Assembly: GCA_038227875.1 (NCBI GenBank)
Contig: JBBRPR010000020.1
Location: 32,001 to 96,000 of the forward strand
Source of the DNA: Planctomycetota bacterium
Lineage (GTDB): Bacteria > Planctomycetota > SZUA-567 > H5-PLA8
Length of the DNA: 64,000 nt
Direction of reading: 5' to 3'
Below are positions 27,922 through 37,295 of this stretch, in pieces (position 1 is the stretch's first letter; each line of letters opens with the position of its first letter). A model generated the notes under the pieces. That model searched no databases and was not told the DNA's origin. It worked only from the letters and a program-made list of their open reading frames with translations. Made by a program: the position numbers and the translations under genes.

Positions 27922-28995
27922 CTATTTCACGCCCGTCGAGAGCGCTTTGGCGCAGGCGTTGACGATGGCGTTCGACGTGACCGTGGCCGACGAATAGGTG
28001 TCGACTCCCTTGACCGTCTGCTTGTCGATGATTTTCTGGGGAATGACCGTCAGCGATGCGTAGCACTGATGTTCGGTCTGCTGGGTCACGACCACGCTGT
28101 CGATCTTGTGGCCCTTCGTTACGACGTCCACCGAGACATTGCCGGAGTAGCCCATGCTGGTTCCGGAATACTTGCCGTCGGCGATGCGCTTGAGGTCGAG
28201 CAGCTCGAAAAGTTTGATCGCGTCGATGGACGCGTGGGCCTGATCCTGATTCCATTTCAGGCGTCCGGCGGCGGTCTGCGTGTCTTTCTGGACGACTTTC
28301 AGCACCTTTTCGTAGAAGTCGATTGCTTCCTTGTAACGGCCCGCGAGTTTCAGGCAGTCGCCGGCGACAAAGTATCCGGCGTCCGGACAACTCATCGCCT
28401 TGCCTTCCGCCATTTTCAGCGCGGTGTCGATGTCGCCAATGTCGGCCCACAATTTAATCACGCCGCCCTGGCGGGTGTTGTCGTAGCCGACCTTGTCGAG
28501 AACTTCTTTGGCCATGTCCTTGTTGCCCAGCCGGAAGTAGCAGTCGGCGAGCAGTTCGTCGTTGGACTCCGCCTTGCGAAACCAGAACGCGGCGCGCGCG
28601 TAGTCGGCGAAAAAGTTGTGATAACATTCGCCCAGCGCGAACATGGTTCGTTTCAGTTTCTCGGGATCACTCTTATTGACATTCAAAACCTGGTGGAGCA
28701 GTTTCACGCCTTCTTTCCAGCGCGGCGGATTGGGATTGATCACCGTCCAGATAAATTCCTTCAGATCCTTCTGAGCGTTGCGGCCTTTCGGATCGCCCCA
28801 GGTTAAATCGAGCGTCTGCGGATAATTCGGCGTGACGGATGCGAACCAATCGGGCGGAGCCTGGCCGGCCTTCTGGATGATCGCGTCGATCTCCGCGCGG
28901 GTGTGCGAATTGGCGGCGGGTTGCGCCGGCTTGGCGGTTTCCGCGGCGGGCAGCGATGCAAGCATCAGCAGCAGCGCTACCGGCAGAATCTTCAT
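27922..28995 (-). CDS. Secreted TPR + FMN-binding domain protein (paralog 2)
   Basis: Signal peptide MKILPVALLLMLASLPAA; TPR-like helices; C-terminal DGKYSG..GYSGNVSVDV...GVDTYSSATVTS FMN_bind fold. Confidence 0.85.
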   Translation of the reverse strand: MKILPVALLLMLASLPAAETAKPAQPAANSHTRAEIDAIIQKAGQAPPDWFASVTPNYPQTLDLTWGDPKGRNAQKDLKEFIWTVINPNPPRWKEGVKLLHQVLNVNKSDPEKLKRTMFALGECYHNFFADYARAAFWFRKAESNDELLADCYFRLGNKDMAKEVLDKVGYDNTRQGGVIKLWADIGDIDTALKMAEGKAMSCPDAGYFVAGDCLKLAGRYKEAIDFYEKVLKVVQKDTQTAAGRLKWNQDQAHASIDAIKLFELLDLKRIADGKYSGTSMGYSGNVSVDVVTKGHKIDSVVVTQQTEHQCYASLTVIPQKIIDKQTVKGVDTYSSATVTSNAIVNACAKALSTGVK

Positions 28996-29110
28996 GAGTC
29001 GAGCGCGAGAATTCACTGATATTACCCTCTCCGCAGGTCCGAATTTGGTTCGCACCAGAGAGTGGTTTGCGCACGTGAAAAGGGTGCGGCGATTTTCTCG
29101 AAATTGACGA

Positions 29111-30193
29111 CTATTTCATACCCGTGGCCAACGCCTTGGCGCAGGCGTTAATGATCGCTTCCGACGTGATGGTCGCCGAGGTGTACGTGTCGACGCCCTT
29201 GACGCCTTGTTTGAGGATGATCTGTTTCGGCGTCTCCGTCAGCGAGCCGTAGAACTGTTTTTCGGTGTGCTGCGTCACTTTCACGTCGTCGATTTTGGCG
29301 CCTTTAACGGAAAGTTCCACGGTGACCGGACCGGTGTAGCCGGTGCTGCTGCTGGTATATTTTCCGTCGGGAACGCGCTTGAGGTCGAGTGTGTCGAAGA
29401 CCTTGATCGCGTCGATGCTGGCCTGCGCGCGCGCTTTACTCTGCTTGAAATCGCGGCCTGCTTTGGACGGATCGCTGGTCAGGACTTTTTGGAAATACTT
29501 CAGCGCATCGGCGTAGCGGCCAGTCGTGCGGCAGGCTTCGCCGGCCATCAGCCAGGCAATGTCCGGCTTGTCGAAATCGGCTTTCACTTCCGCTTCCTTG
29601 ATTGCCTTGTCGAATTCGCCCAGATCCGCCCACAGCTTGATCAGCGAGCCGTGGCGCGTGTCGTCGTTGCCACAGCGGCCGAGGATTTCCTTGGCGTACG
29701 CGGGGCAACCGAGCTTCCAGTAACAGAACGCCAATTCTTCCGTGTCCGTATCGCCTTTCTTCTGCCACCAGTACGCGGCGCGGGCGTAATCGAAGAGGCA
29801 ATTGGCGTAGAGATGTGCCATCTGGCCCTGCATGTTGGCGACTTTCGCCGCGTCTTTCTCGTTCACGGCAATGACATGGGCGGCAAACTTCACGCCCTCT
29901 TTCCATTTGCCCGCGTTTTCGTTGATCACGCTCCAGAAATACTGACCGACATTCTTCTGCGGATCCCACGGCGCGCCCTTGGGTGGCGGGGTCAGGGTCA
30001 GATCCAACGTCTTTGGAAAATTCAGGGGCGTCGCCTCCCACCAATCCGGCGGCGTGGTGCCTTGCTTCTGGATAAGCGCGTCGACTTCGGGTTTGGTGCG
30101 TACCGGCGGAGCAGTCTCGCCTGCGTAAATCAGCCCGGTAGCGCCGAGCACCACAGCAATGAGCACGCACGTTGACGGTCCGAAATTTTGCAC
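29111..30193 (-). CDS. Secreted TPR + FMN-binding domain protein (paralog 1); start uncertain
   Basis: Clearly homologous to 27922-28995 (PPDW, KEGVK, DYARAA, LIKLWAD); C-terminal DGKY..GYTGPVTVEL...GVDTYTSATITS. Confidence 0.85.
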   Translation of the reverse strand: MQNFGPSTCVLIAVVLGATGLIYAGETAPPVRTKPEVDALIQKQGTTPPDWWEATPLNFPKTLDLTLTPPPKGAPWDPQKNVGQYFWSVINENAGKWKEGVKFAAHVIAVNEKDAAKVANMQGQMAHLYANCLFDYARAAYWWQKKGDTDTEELAFCYWKLGCPAYAKEILGRCGNDDTRHGSLIKLWADLGEFDKAIKEAEVKADFDKPDIAWLMAGEACRTTGRYADALKYFQKVLTSDPSKAGRDFKQSKARAQASIDAIKVFDTLDLKRVPDGKYTSSSTGYTGPVTVELSVKGAKIDDVKVTQHTEKQFYGSLTETPKQIILKQGVKGVDTYTSATITSEAIINACAKALATGMK

Positions 30194-30221
30194 GTTGAAT
30201 CGTACTCCGTTGAGAATCGAT

Positions 30222-30249
30222 GACCTTGCCGCCAATGGGCGGCAAGGTC
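30222..30249. repeat. 28-bp GACCT-N18-AGGTC palindrome, copy 1
   Basis: GACCT TGCCGCC AATG GGCGGCA AGGTC. Confidence 0.8.
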
Positions 30250-30259
30250 AACTGCTGTG

Positions 30260-30628
30260 CTACTTTTTCTCTTTATGATCGCCACCGCCACCTTCGCCCT
30301 TCTTGGTGATCGTATTGGCGTGAATTGTGGGAACGTCGCCATCTTTCTTGATGCTGCCGGTCACTTGGAACGTGCCCTGGCCGACGAGGTCCTTCTCCGC
30401 TGCCGCGAGCTTCGCCTTGGTTTCGTCGCTCGCTTTTTCGCCGGCGACGATGGCGTGGCTTTCGCCGTTGGCGGACTTGAACGAGATCTTACCGTCACCG
30501 GACTTTTCGAATGTGCCAACCCACGTATGGGCCCCGCCGCTCTGCTTGTGCTCCTCTTCGGCTTTGGCCACCGTGGCCACGCAACAGGCGAACAGACAAA
30601 CGGCCGCAATATATAACCCGCGCTTCAT
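30260..30628 (-). CDS. Small secreted hypothetical protein (possible OB-like beta domain)
   Basis: Strong AAGGAG RBS; signal peptide MKRGLYIAAVCLFACCVATVAKA; co-oriented within the operon. Confidence 0.75.
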   Translation of the reverse strand: MKRGLYIAAVCLFACCVATVAKAEEEHKQSGGAHTWVGTFEKSGDGKISFKSANGESHAIVAGEKASDETKAKLAAAEKDLVGQGTFQVTGSIKKDGDVPTIHANTITKKGEGGGGDHKEKK

Positions 30629-30726
30629 GTAACGCTCCTTTTCCTCCTCCACATGGCAACACGCCACCCTCACATGAGGGAAGTGCCCCATGCCGATGTG
30701 CTGAACTCAATTCGATCGTGCCACTA

Positions 30727-30754
30727 GACCTTTGTGCCTTTGGGCACAAAGGTC
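30727..30754. repeat. 28-bp GACCT-N18-AGGTC palindrome, copy 2
   Basis: GACCT TTGTGCC TTTG GGCACAA AGGTC. Confidence 0.8.
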
Positions 30755-30763
30755 AGGCTCACA

Positions 30764-31801
30764 TCAACCCGCCATTGGGAAATTCTTGGTCGTGTACGTT
30801 TTGCCGTCCTTGAACACCAGCAGTCCTTCCGCCGGCGTGTCCGAGATCAATTTCAGGCCGCGTTCCAAGCCCGCCACGCAGACGGCCGAAGAAAGTCCAT
30901 CGGCGTCAATCGCACGGTTGGTGACCACGGTGACGCTGGAGAAGACCAGCGGCGAGCGCCCGGTTGCCGGATCGAAAATGTGGTTGTAGACAAAGTCGTC
31001 GGAGAAGGTCGTGGCGTAGTCACCGGACGTAGCCAGGCACAGGCCGTCGAGCCTGGCCATGCCGATGTACGCATCGGGCTTGCGCGGATGCTGGATGCCC
31101 ACGGTCCACGGTGCGGGCGTCGCGTCGGGCTTGTTTCCCATCGCGCGGATTTCGCCGGTGTTGACCAGGGCGTGCTGAATGCCGAACTTCTTCAGCGCGT
31201 CGGCGCAGCGGTCGGCCGCGTAGCCCTGTGCGATGCCGTTGAACGTAATCGCCTGGCCTGCGCCGACTTGAATCTTGGAGTCGGAGTATTCGATTTTCGT
31301 CCAGTCGATCTTCTTGCGCGCGGCTTCGATTTCGGCGTCGCCGGGGAGCGCATTCTTCTTCTTCGCGGCCATGTACAGTTCCCACAGCGGCTGGACGGTC
31401 ACGTCAAATGCCCCTTCGCTGCGCTTGGAGAGCTTGAGCGCGGCCTTCAGACAATCGACGAAGTACGGATGCGGGTTGTTGAAAACGCCGTCGCGGTTGA
31501 GCTTCGAAATCTGGCTCTCAGGCCGGTAGATGCTCATCACGGATTCAACGGTTTCGAGTTCCCCGAACGCGGCGTCGAGCGCCTTGCGGGCGATGTCTTC
31601 GTCTTCGTGCATGACCAGCATCGAAATCTCAGTGCCCAGCGCGTACGACGTGCGCTTGGCGGTCTTCATGCCTTCCACCCCCAGCGCGGCGGCGGCCGGA
31701 CCGTCGCCGGCGAACGCTTTTTTCATCCACGGCATCAGGAGCGCAGCGCTGCCTGCACCAAAGGCCAGTTGAAAGAATTTGCGGCGGTTGAGGTTCGACA
31801 T
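30764..31801 (-). CDS. apbE: FAD:protein FMN transferase with a Tat-type signal
   Basis: NRRKFF twin-arginine motif; ALGT, SQISKLN, GAFDVTVQPL, NGIAQGY, VGIQHP, ATSGDY, HIFDPATG and ADGLSSA. Confidence 0.93.
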   Translation of the reverse strand: MSNLNRRKFFQLAFGAGSAALLMPWMKKAFAGDGPAAAALGVEGMKTAKRTSYALGTEISMLVMHEDEDIARKALDAAFGELETVESVMSIYRPESQISKLNRDGVFNNPHPYFVDCLKAALKLSKRSEGAFDVTVQPLWELYMAAKKKNALPGDAEIEAARKKIDWTKIEYSDSKIQVGAGQAITFNGIAQGYAADRCADALKKFGIQHALVNTGEIRAMGNKPDATPAPWTVGIQHPRKPDAYIGMARLDGLCLATSGDYATTFSDDFVYNHIFDPATGRSPLVFSSVTVVTNRAIDADGLSSAVCVAGLERGLKLISDTPAEGLLVFKDGKTYTTKNFPMAG

Positions 31802-31816
31802 GTTCAAGTGCGCTCC

Positions 31817-33022
31817 TTAGTCCTGCTTTTCAATCCGGACGATGCGGCGGTGTTCTTCCAAGACCCATTCGACTTTAACTTTGTCACCCTTATTCAACTT
31901 TTCAAGGGTGCGAATCATGTCTTTGTCCAGATTTCCTTCCTTCGGGTTATCTTTGGTGGGAACCCAGCGCGGGGTGTACTTCTCGTTTTCGCCACCGTGG
32001 TCGCGAATCCGAATCCACTCGCCGCCATCGCCCTTCTCGGTCACTTCTCCCACGATGGAACCGGTCTTGTGATGGTGTTCGGTGGAGTCCGGGGGGCTCC
32101 AGACGATCTGCATTTTTGTGACGCGCGGGTACTCCTGCATGACCCAGGCGATCTGCACGCGCGTGCCCTTGCTCAACTTGTGAATCGCTTCGAGCATCTC
32201 TTTGTCGACGCCGTCGTGCGTTCGCGGGGTGAAGCGGCGCGCATCCTTGCCTTCGTCGCGAAGTTCGAAAAAGTTGTCGCCCTTGTTGGTCACAAGGCCG
32301 AAGGCGATGCCGCCCTTTTCGCCGGCACGAAGCGTCGTACCCCATCCGGGCAGCTCCACAGCGCCTTCCTGAACGCTGACATCCATCGTCCGGCGCCGAG
32401 CCTGCTCGGTCTTGAGTTCATTGCCTTCGCCGCTGATGGCGACGGTGAACTTCGTTCCCGTTACGGCGACTGTTCCGGAATCGGTGCGAACGGCAAAGGT
32501 ACCAATGTGACGGTCGACCTGGCAGGTTACGCTGCCGGACTCGAGCAGCACCTGCTCGGCCTTGTCCTTGCCTTCATTCACGAGCGAACTGTTGGCGGCG
32601 ACGTCGAGATTGCAGTAACCGCCCAGCGCGACCTTCTTTGGCGTGGCGTCGGTCTTGATCCGCTCGCCGCGCGCCCAGGCATTGGGGCTGGGCTTAAAGT
32701 CGTTCTCCGGCTTCGGCGGCGTGTAGGGTGGGTCACCCCACTGCAAACCGGGCTCATTGGTCTTGGGCGTTTCCTTGGCCACCTCGACCGGCGGCGCGGG
32801 CATGGCAAATTTCCAGACCGCCACGCCAATCAGAATCGCGGCCGCGACACTCGCGCCGCCCGCCAGCCAGTAGAAGCGGCGGCGTTCGCGTTCGACCCGT
32901 TTCATGATCCGGCTGGCGAGATTCGGCGGCGCTTCCTTGCCGAGCGCTTCGCGCAGGAGCGTGTCGATCAGGCGGTCTTTGGGATCCGCCAAATCCGAAG
33001 GATCGTTGTCGTCGGCGCTCAT
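31817..33022 (-). CDS. FecR-domain anti-sigma factor with two C-terminal ~75-aa repeats
   Basis: TM helix; LESGSVTCQV...FAVRTDSGTVAVTGTKFTV...VSVQEGAVEL; duplicated G.VT.KGD...TPR...DK.M......L.KG..V...W module; start overlaps the ECF stop (ATGA). Confidence 0.85.
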   Translation of the reverse strand: MSADDNDPSDLADPKDRLIDTLLREALGKEAPPNLASRIMKRVERERRRFYWLAGGASVAAAILIGVAVWKFAMPAPPVEVAKETPKTNEPGLQWGDPPYTPPKPENDFKPSPNAWARGERIKTDATPKKVALGGYCNLDVAANSSLVNEGKDKAEQVLLESGSVTCQVDRHIGTFAVRTDSGTVAVTGTKFTVAISGEGNELKTEQARRRTMDVSVQEGAVELPGWGTTLRAGEKGGIAFGLVTNKGDNFFELRDEGKDARRFTPRTHDGVDKEMLEAIHKLSKGTRVQIAWVMQEYPRVTKMQIVWSPPDSTEHHHKTGSIVGEVTEKGDGGEWIRIRDHGGENEKYTPRWVPTKDNPKEGNLDKDMIRTLEKLNKGDKVKVEWVLEEHRRIVRIEKQD

Positions 33023-33558
33023 GCTCGACTCGCTTTGCCTGTGGCCAGCCGCCGGCGGATACAGTCCGCCAGTTCGCGGCGCAGACGGCGCATCAACGAT
33101 TTCACGCCGTCTTCGGACATCTTGTAGAGCTGCGCCAGTTCGGCGCGCGATTTTTCCTGCTTGTAGAAGTGATCGAGAATGCCGCGCTGCTTGTCTTCCA
33201 GTTTCCCGACGCAGCCGCGCAGTGCTTCGATCGCTTCAAAGCCGTCGCCGCCCTGGAGAAAATCGGCCGTCCAGACGACTTCGGCCTGCTCCAACGCTTC
33301 ACTGTTGACCTTGACCGGGCTGTGCTTCGCGCGGCGGCAGTAGTTGAAGAAGAGATTGCGGGCAATCCCGCGCAGCCAGGCCGCGCGCACGCGCTCGTCG
33401 TTGGTGACCGGCGTCGAGGTGCTCTTGAACGCCATCAGGAACGTGTCTTGAACGAGATCTTCCGCGACGGAGACGCTGTCGGCGCCAAGGTAGCGCAGGT
33501 AGCGGTAGATCTCCGCCTGATGCGCCAGAATCCAGCTTTCCAGTTCGTCGCGATCCAT
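33019..33558 (-). CDS. ECF sigma-70 factor (type common in Planctomycetes/Verrucomicrobia)
   Basis: AEDLVQDTFL, AWLRGIARN, ALRGCVGKL, VKSLMRRLRRELADCI; ATG at 33558 after GGGAG. Confidence 0.92.
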   Translation of the reverse strand: MDRDELESWILAHQAEIYRYLRYLGADSVSVAEDLVQDTFLMAFKSTSTPVTNDERVRAAWLRGIARNLFFNYCRRAKHSPVKVNSEALEQAEVVWTADFLQGGDGFEAIEALRGCVGKLEDKQRGILDHFYKQEKSRAELAQLYKMSEDGVKSLMRRLRRELADCIRRRLATGKASRA

Positions 33559-33658
33559 CACAGCTCCCGAGTATCCAAGAGGAAGTGGTGTAATTTGTAG
33601 TAAAGGGTGAGGAAAAACCTGCGAATTTCTTGGGATCGGAGGAGGATCGTGTCGTTTT

Positions 33659-33686
33659 GACCTCCCGGTAAATTTACCGGGAGGTT
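33659..33686. repeat. 28-bp GACCT-N18-AGGTT palindrome, copy 3
   Basis: GACCT CCCGGTAAA TTTACCGGG AGGTT; the inner 26 bp form a perfect palindrome. Confidence 0.8.
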
Positions 33687-33769
33687 CCACAGGTACAACA
33701 GTCCTGAGTAATTGCGAAGAATCGCCCCACGAGTTACATCGGCTTTTGAGAGCAATTGAGGATTTAGTG

Positions 33770-34219
33770 ATGGCAAGCATTCAGGACGTCCAGCTTCTAC
33801 TAAATTCGAATAAAGAGATTTCCGATTTTGGAAAGCCTGCATCGAGCCAGTCAATCAGACGCGCCGAAGAATTCTTGAGTCTAGGTTTTCCAGTAGACTA
33901 CCGCGATTACCTCATGCGCTGGAGTTGGTTGTCCATAGGACCCAATGAGTACTTTGGGATTATCAGTGAAAACTTTGAGAGCGCGAGCCATCAGAATGCA
34001 ATCGGCTTTACGCAGATGTGTCGACGGGAGAGGAGTTACCCGAATCATTTAATTGTTGTGCGTAACAATGAAGGCGATGAACTCCATTCGTTGGACACCA
34101 CTGATCCGGATGCCTCTCGAATAGTGGTATGGGATACGAATTTGCGCAAGATTACGGCTGTGCGGGCAGATTCTCTGTTTGAATACATTCTTAAAGAAGC
34201 GACGGACTTTTTAGACTAA
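33770..34219 (+). CDS. SMI1/KNR4 (SUKH) family immunity-like protein, low GC
   Basis: PASSQSIRRAEEFLSLGFPVDYRDYL...NNEGDELHSLD...SLFEYI pattern; AT-richer codon usage than the flanks. Confidence 0.82.
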   Translation: MASIQDVQLLLNSNKEISDFGKPASSQSIRRAEEFLSLGFPVDYRDYLMRWSWLSIGPNEYFGIISENFESASHQNAIGFTQMCRRERSYPNHLIVVRNNEGDELHSLDTTDPDASRIVVWDTNLRKITAVRADSLFEYILKEATDFLD

Positions 34220-35454
34220 CGCTTCTCCGCGCTTCCCGTCCCCGCCAGCACATCAAACCCATGCACCGCCACTTCGATCGCGTGCATCGTGTCGTCGTTT
34301 TCGTTCTCGATGACACTGGCGCTGTAATTTCTAGGCGCGGGTTTTGGCGTGGCGGCGTGGGCCAGTTGCAGCTCGGTGGCGCGGTTGAGCCACAATCGCG
34401 ATTCCAGTGGATCCAGGCGCAGGCCGCGGCCTTCTGCGTAGCGTGCGCCTAACCGGGCCGCAGCGTCGGCGTTGTGTTGTTCCGCTGCCTTCAGATACCA
34501 GTTCGACGCGACTTCGTCTTCATCGGGCAGGCCGCGGCGGAAGGCGTAATAGTCGGCAAGCTTCACTTGCGACGGCGCGTGGCCCTGCTCGGCCGCGAGC
34601 TCAAACCATTCGGCCGCGAAGCCGGTGTCGACGAGGACGCCAAGTCCCTGTGCATACATCATACCGACGCGAAACTGCGATGGCGCGGAGCCGCGCGATC
34701 CGGCGCGTTTGCTCCACTGCAGCGCGAGCGCGTCGTTGCGCGCGACGATGAAGCCATCGGCATACAGTTCGCCGAGGTGATCCTGGGCCTGAATCAGATT
34801 TTGGGTAGCGCATTCCGTGAGCAGCGCCAGACCCTTGTCCACGTTCGTGGCTGTTCCGATGCCGTGAAGCAGTCCGTAAGCGACGTGGAATTTCGCGGGC
34901 AGAAATCCCTGCTCCGCGGCGCGCGCGTACCAGCTGAAGGCGCCGACGGAGTCCTCGAGCGATTCGCAACACACGCCCACGAAAAATTGAGACGCGGCGT
35001 TTCCGCGGTTGGCGTCGTCGAGGAAGTCCCACCGCGCGGCCTGGACGAGCGACTTTCCGTACGCGGCATTTTTGTCGGTGGAGTTCGCTTCCAGTCCCAG
35101 CAACGTCCGTCCGCGGTAGAGCACGCCCAACGGCGTTCCTGCGCGCCACGCTTTGTCGAGCCACTCGGCGGCGACGTTGGTATCGGCCGGGCAGCCCAAT
35201 CCGCTGAGATGTGCGTAGAAAACGACGTCCAGCGCGACAGGGTCTTCGTGTTCCGCGCGCTGCTCAAATGACTTCAGCGCGACCGGCGAGAGGGTGGGGG
35301 AGAGCTGATTGTATTCTTTGGCATCCCGATCGGGTGCGATGACCACCGCACGATGATCCAGCGCATCGGCGGGAAGTTCGACGACTTCGGAGCGTACACC
35401 TGCACATATTATAACGAGCACAAACAGGGCAAAACCGGACACCACCTTGCGCAT
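34216..35454 (-). CDS. Secreted Sel1-repeat protein
   Basis: Signal peptide; repeated WY.RAAEQG...AQ..LG.MY..G.G units. Confidence 0.88.
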   Translation of the reverse strand: MRKVVSGFALFVLVIICAGVRSEVVELPADALDHRAVVIAPDRDAKEYNQLSPTLSPVALKSFEQRAEHEDPVALDVVFYAHLSGLGCPADTNVAAEWLDKAWRAGTPLGVLYRGRTLLGLEANSTDKNAAYGKSLVQAARWDFLDDANRGNAASQFFVGVCCESLEDSVGAFSWYARAAEQGFLPAKFHVAYGLLHGIGTATNVDKGLALLTECATQNLIQAQDHLGELYADGFIVARNDALALQWSKRAGSRGSAPSQFRVGMMYAQGLGVLVDTGFAAEWFELAAEQGHAPSQVKLADYYAFRRGLPDEDEVASNWYLKAAEQHNADAAARLGARYAEGRGLRLDPLESRLWLNRATELQLAHAATPKPAPRNYSASVIENENDDTMHAIEVAVHGFDVLAGTGSAEKR

Positions 35455-35610
35455 ACATATCCCTCGCAGAAGTTGCGAAGTGAAGGCGCAAATGACGTGA
35501 CAGCCCGCAGGAATTTTCGTACATGGTGTCTGAGTGCTGCTTGCGGCAACCCAGGTAAAAAGCACCGGCTGAATTTCAGACAGATTCCCGAACGAAATTG
35601 CGCGAGCGGC

Positions 35611-36786
35611 TCATTCAACTTCCAGATTGGGACTGGCGTCTTTGAGCGTTTTGAGCCCAGCGGCGCTGACGGACGTGCCTTTTAGTGACAACTTTTTCAG
35701 ATGGGTCAGACCTTTCAGCGCGGCGACGGATGCGTCGGTAACGGCGGTGCGGGACAGGTCGAGGATTTCCAGCGACTGCAGGTCCTTGAGCTCCGCCAGA
35801 CCCGCGTCAGTAACGGCCGTGCCGCCCAACATCAGTTGCTTCATCGCTTTCAGGCCGCTCAGCGATTTGAGTCCAGCATCGGTGATTTTCGTGGCCGTCA
35901 GCCAGAGGCCGGGGAATTCGGGCAGTTCTTTGGGTGCGGCCACGCCAGGGACGACGGCCGGCTGTTCTTTCAGCGCCGCCGCGGAAAGCTGCTTCATCGC
36001 GGCCAGCTTCTGCAATCCGGCATCGCCGACCGCCGTGCCGTCGAGCATCAGAGTCTGAAGGCCGGGCAGTGCGGCGAGGGTTTCCATGCCGGCGTCGGTG
36101 ACGAGCGTGCCGCGCAGGTCCAGCGTCTGGAGTTCGGTCATCCCTTTTAAGTGCTGGAGACCGGCGTCGGTGATCTTTGTCTTGTAGATGATCAGGCGCG
36201 TCATGTGGGTCATGCCGGCGAGGTACGCCAAGCCTGCGTCGGTGATCTGCGTGTTGCCGATGGAGATTCCCGGAAGTTGCGTCAGACCTTTCAGATGTTC
36301 CAAGCCCGCGTCGCCGATCTTCGTTTCGCGGAGACCGAGCCATTCGAGATGGGTCATCCCTTTCAGATTGGCCAGGCCCGCGTCGGTAACTTTCGCGCCT
36401 TTCAAGCCCAGCAGCCGGAGTTGGACGAGTCCCTGCAGGTGCTTGAGGCCCTCGTCGCCGACGGCCGTTTCCGAAAGATGGAGCGCCTGAAGTTTGCTCA
36501 GCCCCGCCAGCGCGTTGAGTCCAGCATCGGTGACCTTGCTGTGCGCCAGGCTGAGTTCCTCTAGCTGGCGGAGCACGCGGATGTTCTCGAGATCCGCGTC
36601 GCCGGCTTGGGTTTCGCCCAGGTAGATACCGGTGATCGATTTGCCGTCCGCGCCGAGCGTGACTTTTCCGCCGAGCCTGACAACCGCGGCGCTGGCGCGC
36701 GTCTCTGGCGATTGGTCTTCGGCAGCGGCGACACCGATGGAACTGAGTACCAGAAAAACGGCGGTCGCGCGGGCAACGTTGAACAT
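35611..36786 (-). CDS. Secreted leucine-rich repeat protein
   Basis: Signal peptide; more than ten 24-aa LxxLxLxxTxVTDAGLxxLKGL repeats. Confidence 0.9.
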   Translation of the reverse strand: MFNVARATAVFLVLSSIGVAAAEDQSPETRASAAVVRLGGKVTLGADGKSITGIYLGETQAGDADLENIRVLRQLEELSLAHSKVTDAGLNALAGLSKLQALHLSETAVGDEGLKHLQGLVQLRLLGLKGAKVTDAGLANLKGMTHLEWLGLRETKIGDAGLEHLKGLTQLPGISIGNTQITDAGLAYLAGMTHMTRLIIYKTKITDAGLQHLKGMTELQTLDLRGTLVTDAGMETLAALPGLQTLMLDGTAVGDAGLQKLAAMKQLSAAALKEQPAVVPGVAAPKELPEFPGLWLTATKITDAGLKSLSGLKAMKQLMLGGTAVTDAGLAELKDLQSLEILDLSRTAVTDASVAALKGLTHLKKLSLKGTSVSAAGLKTLKDASPNLEVE

Positions 36787-36954
36787 CGTCAGATTCCTCA
36801 TTTTCCAATCGTCATTGACCGGAGTGCCATGATCGTGGGTGTATACAGCACAATGGACTGAATCTTCAACAGAAACACGGCGCGAGTCGAGCACTTAATC
36901 GTGACCTTTCAGTACGGCAACAGTTATCAGAATACTCAAAGGAGGCGTTGCCAT

Positions 36955-37185
36955 ATGCCGGGACTCTTGATGCTGCTGGCCTGGGCGCTGCTCTTGATTG
37001 GCGGAATCATGGTGCTGATCGCAGCCTTCCGGGTCGGAATACTGTGGGGGCTGGCGGTGTTCTTTCTGCCGGGAATCGTGCATTTGATCTTTGTCATCGT
37101 TCATTGGAAAGAGGCGAAGAACGGGATCCTCGTCCAGCTCTGTGCGATTCCGCTAATCATTCTTGCCAAATTGATGCGCCATTGA
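36955..37185 (+). CDS. Small integral membrane protein (about 76 aa)
   Basis: AAAGGAGG RBS; three hydrophobic segments with AFRVGILWGL...HWKEAK. Confidence 0.75.
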   Translation: MPGLLMLLAWALLLIGGIMVLIAAFRVGILWGLAVFFLPGIVHLIFVIVHWKEAKNGILVQLCAIPLIILAKLMRH

Positions 37186-37295
37186 CGATCGCTCATTTCG
37201 ATCCGCCTTCGTCAGGAATTTTTTCCACCTTTCGTGTATCATAGTTGGGATCACATCCAATTTTTGACTGATACACGGACTCGAAGGGGGAAGTC

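Noticed and set aside
30734..33127. 797-aa plus-strand ORF
   Set aside because: Antisense to apbE and fecR, both of which have clear family motifs.
30222..33686. 28-bp palindromes as integron attC sites
   Set aside because: Too short, no RYYYAAC/GTTRRRY core sites, and no integrase in the window.
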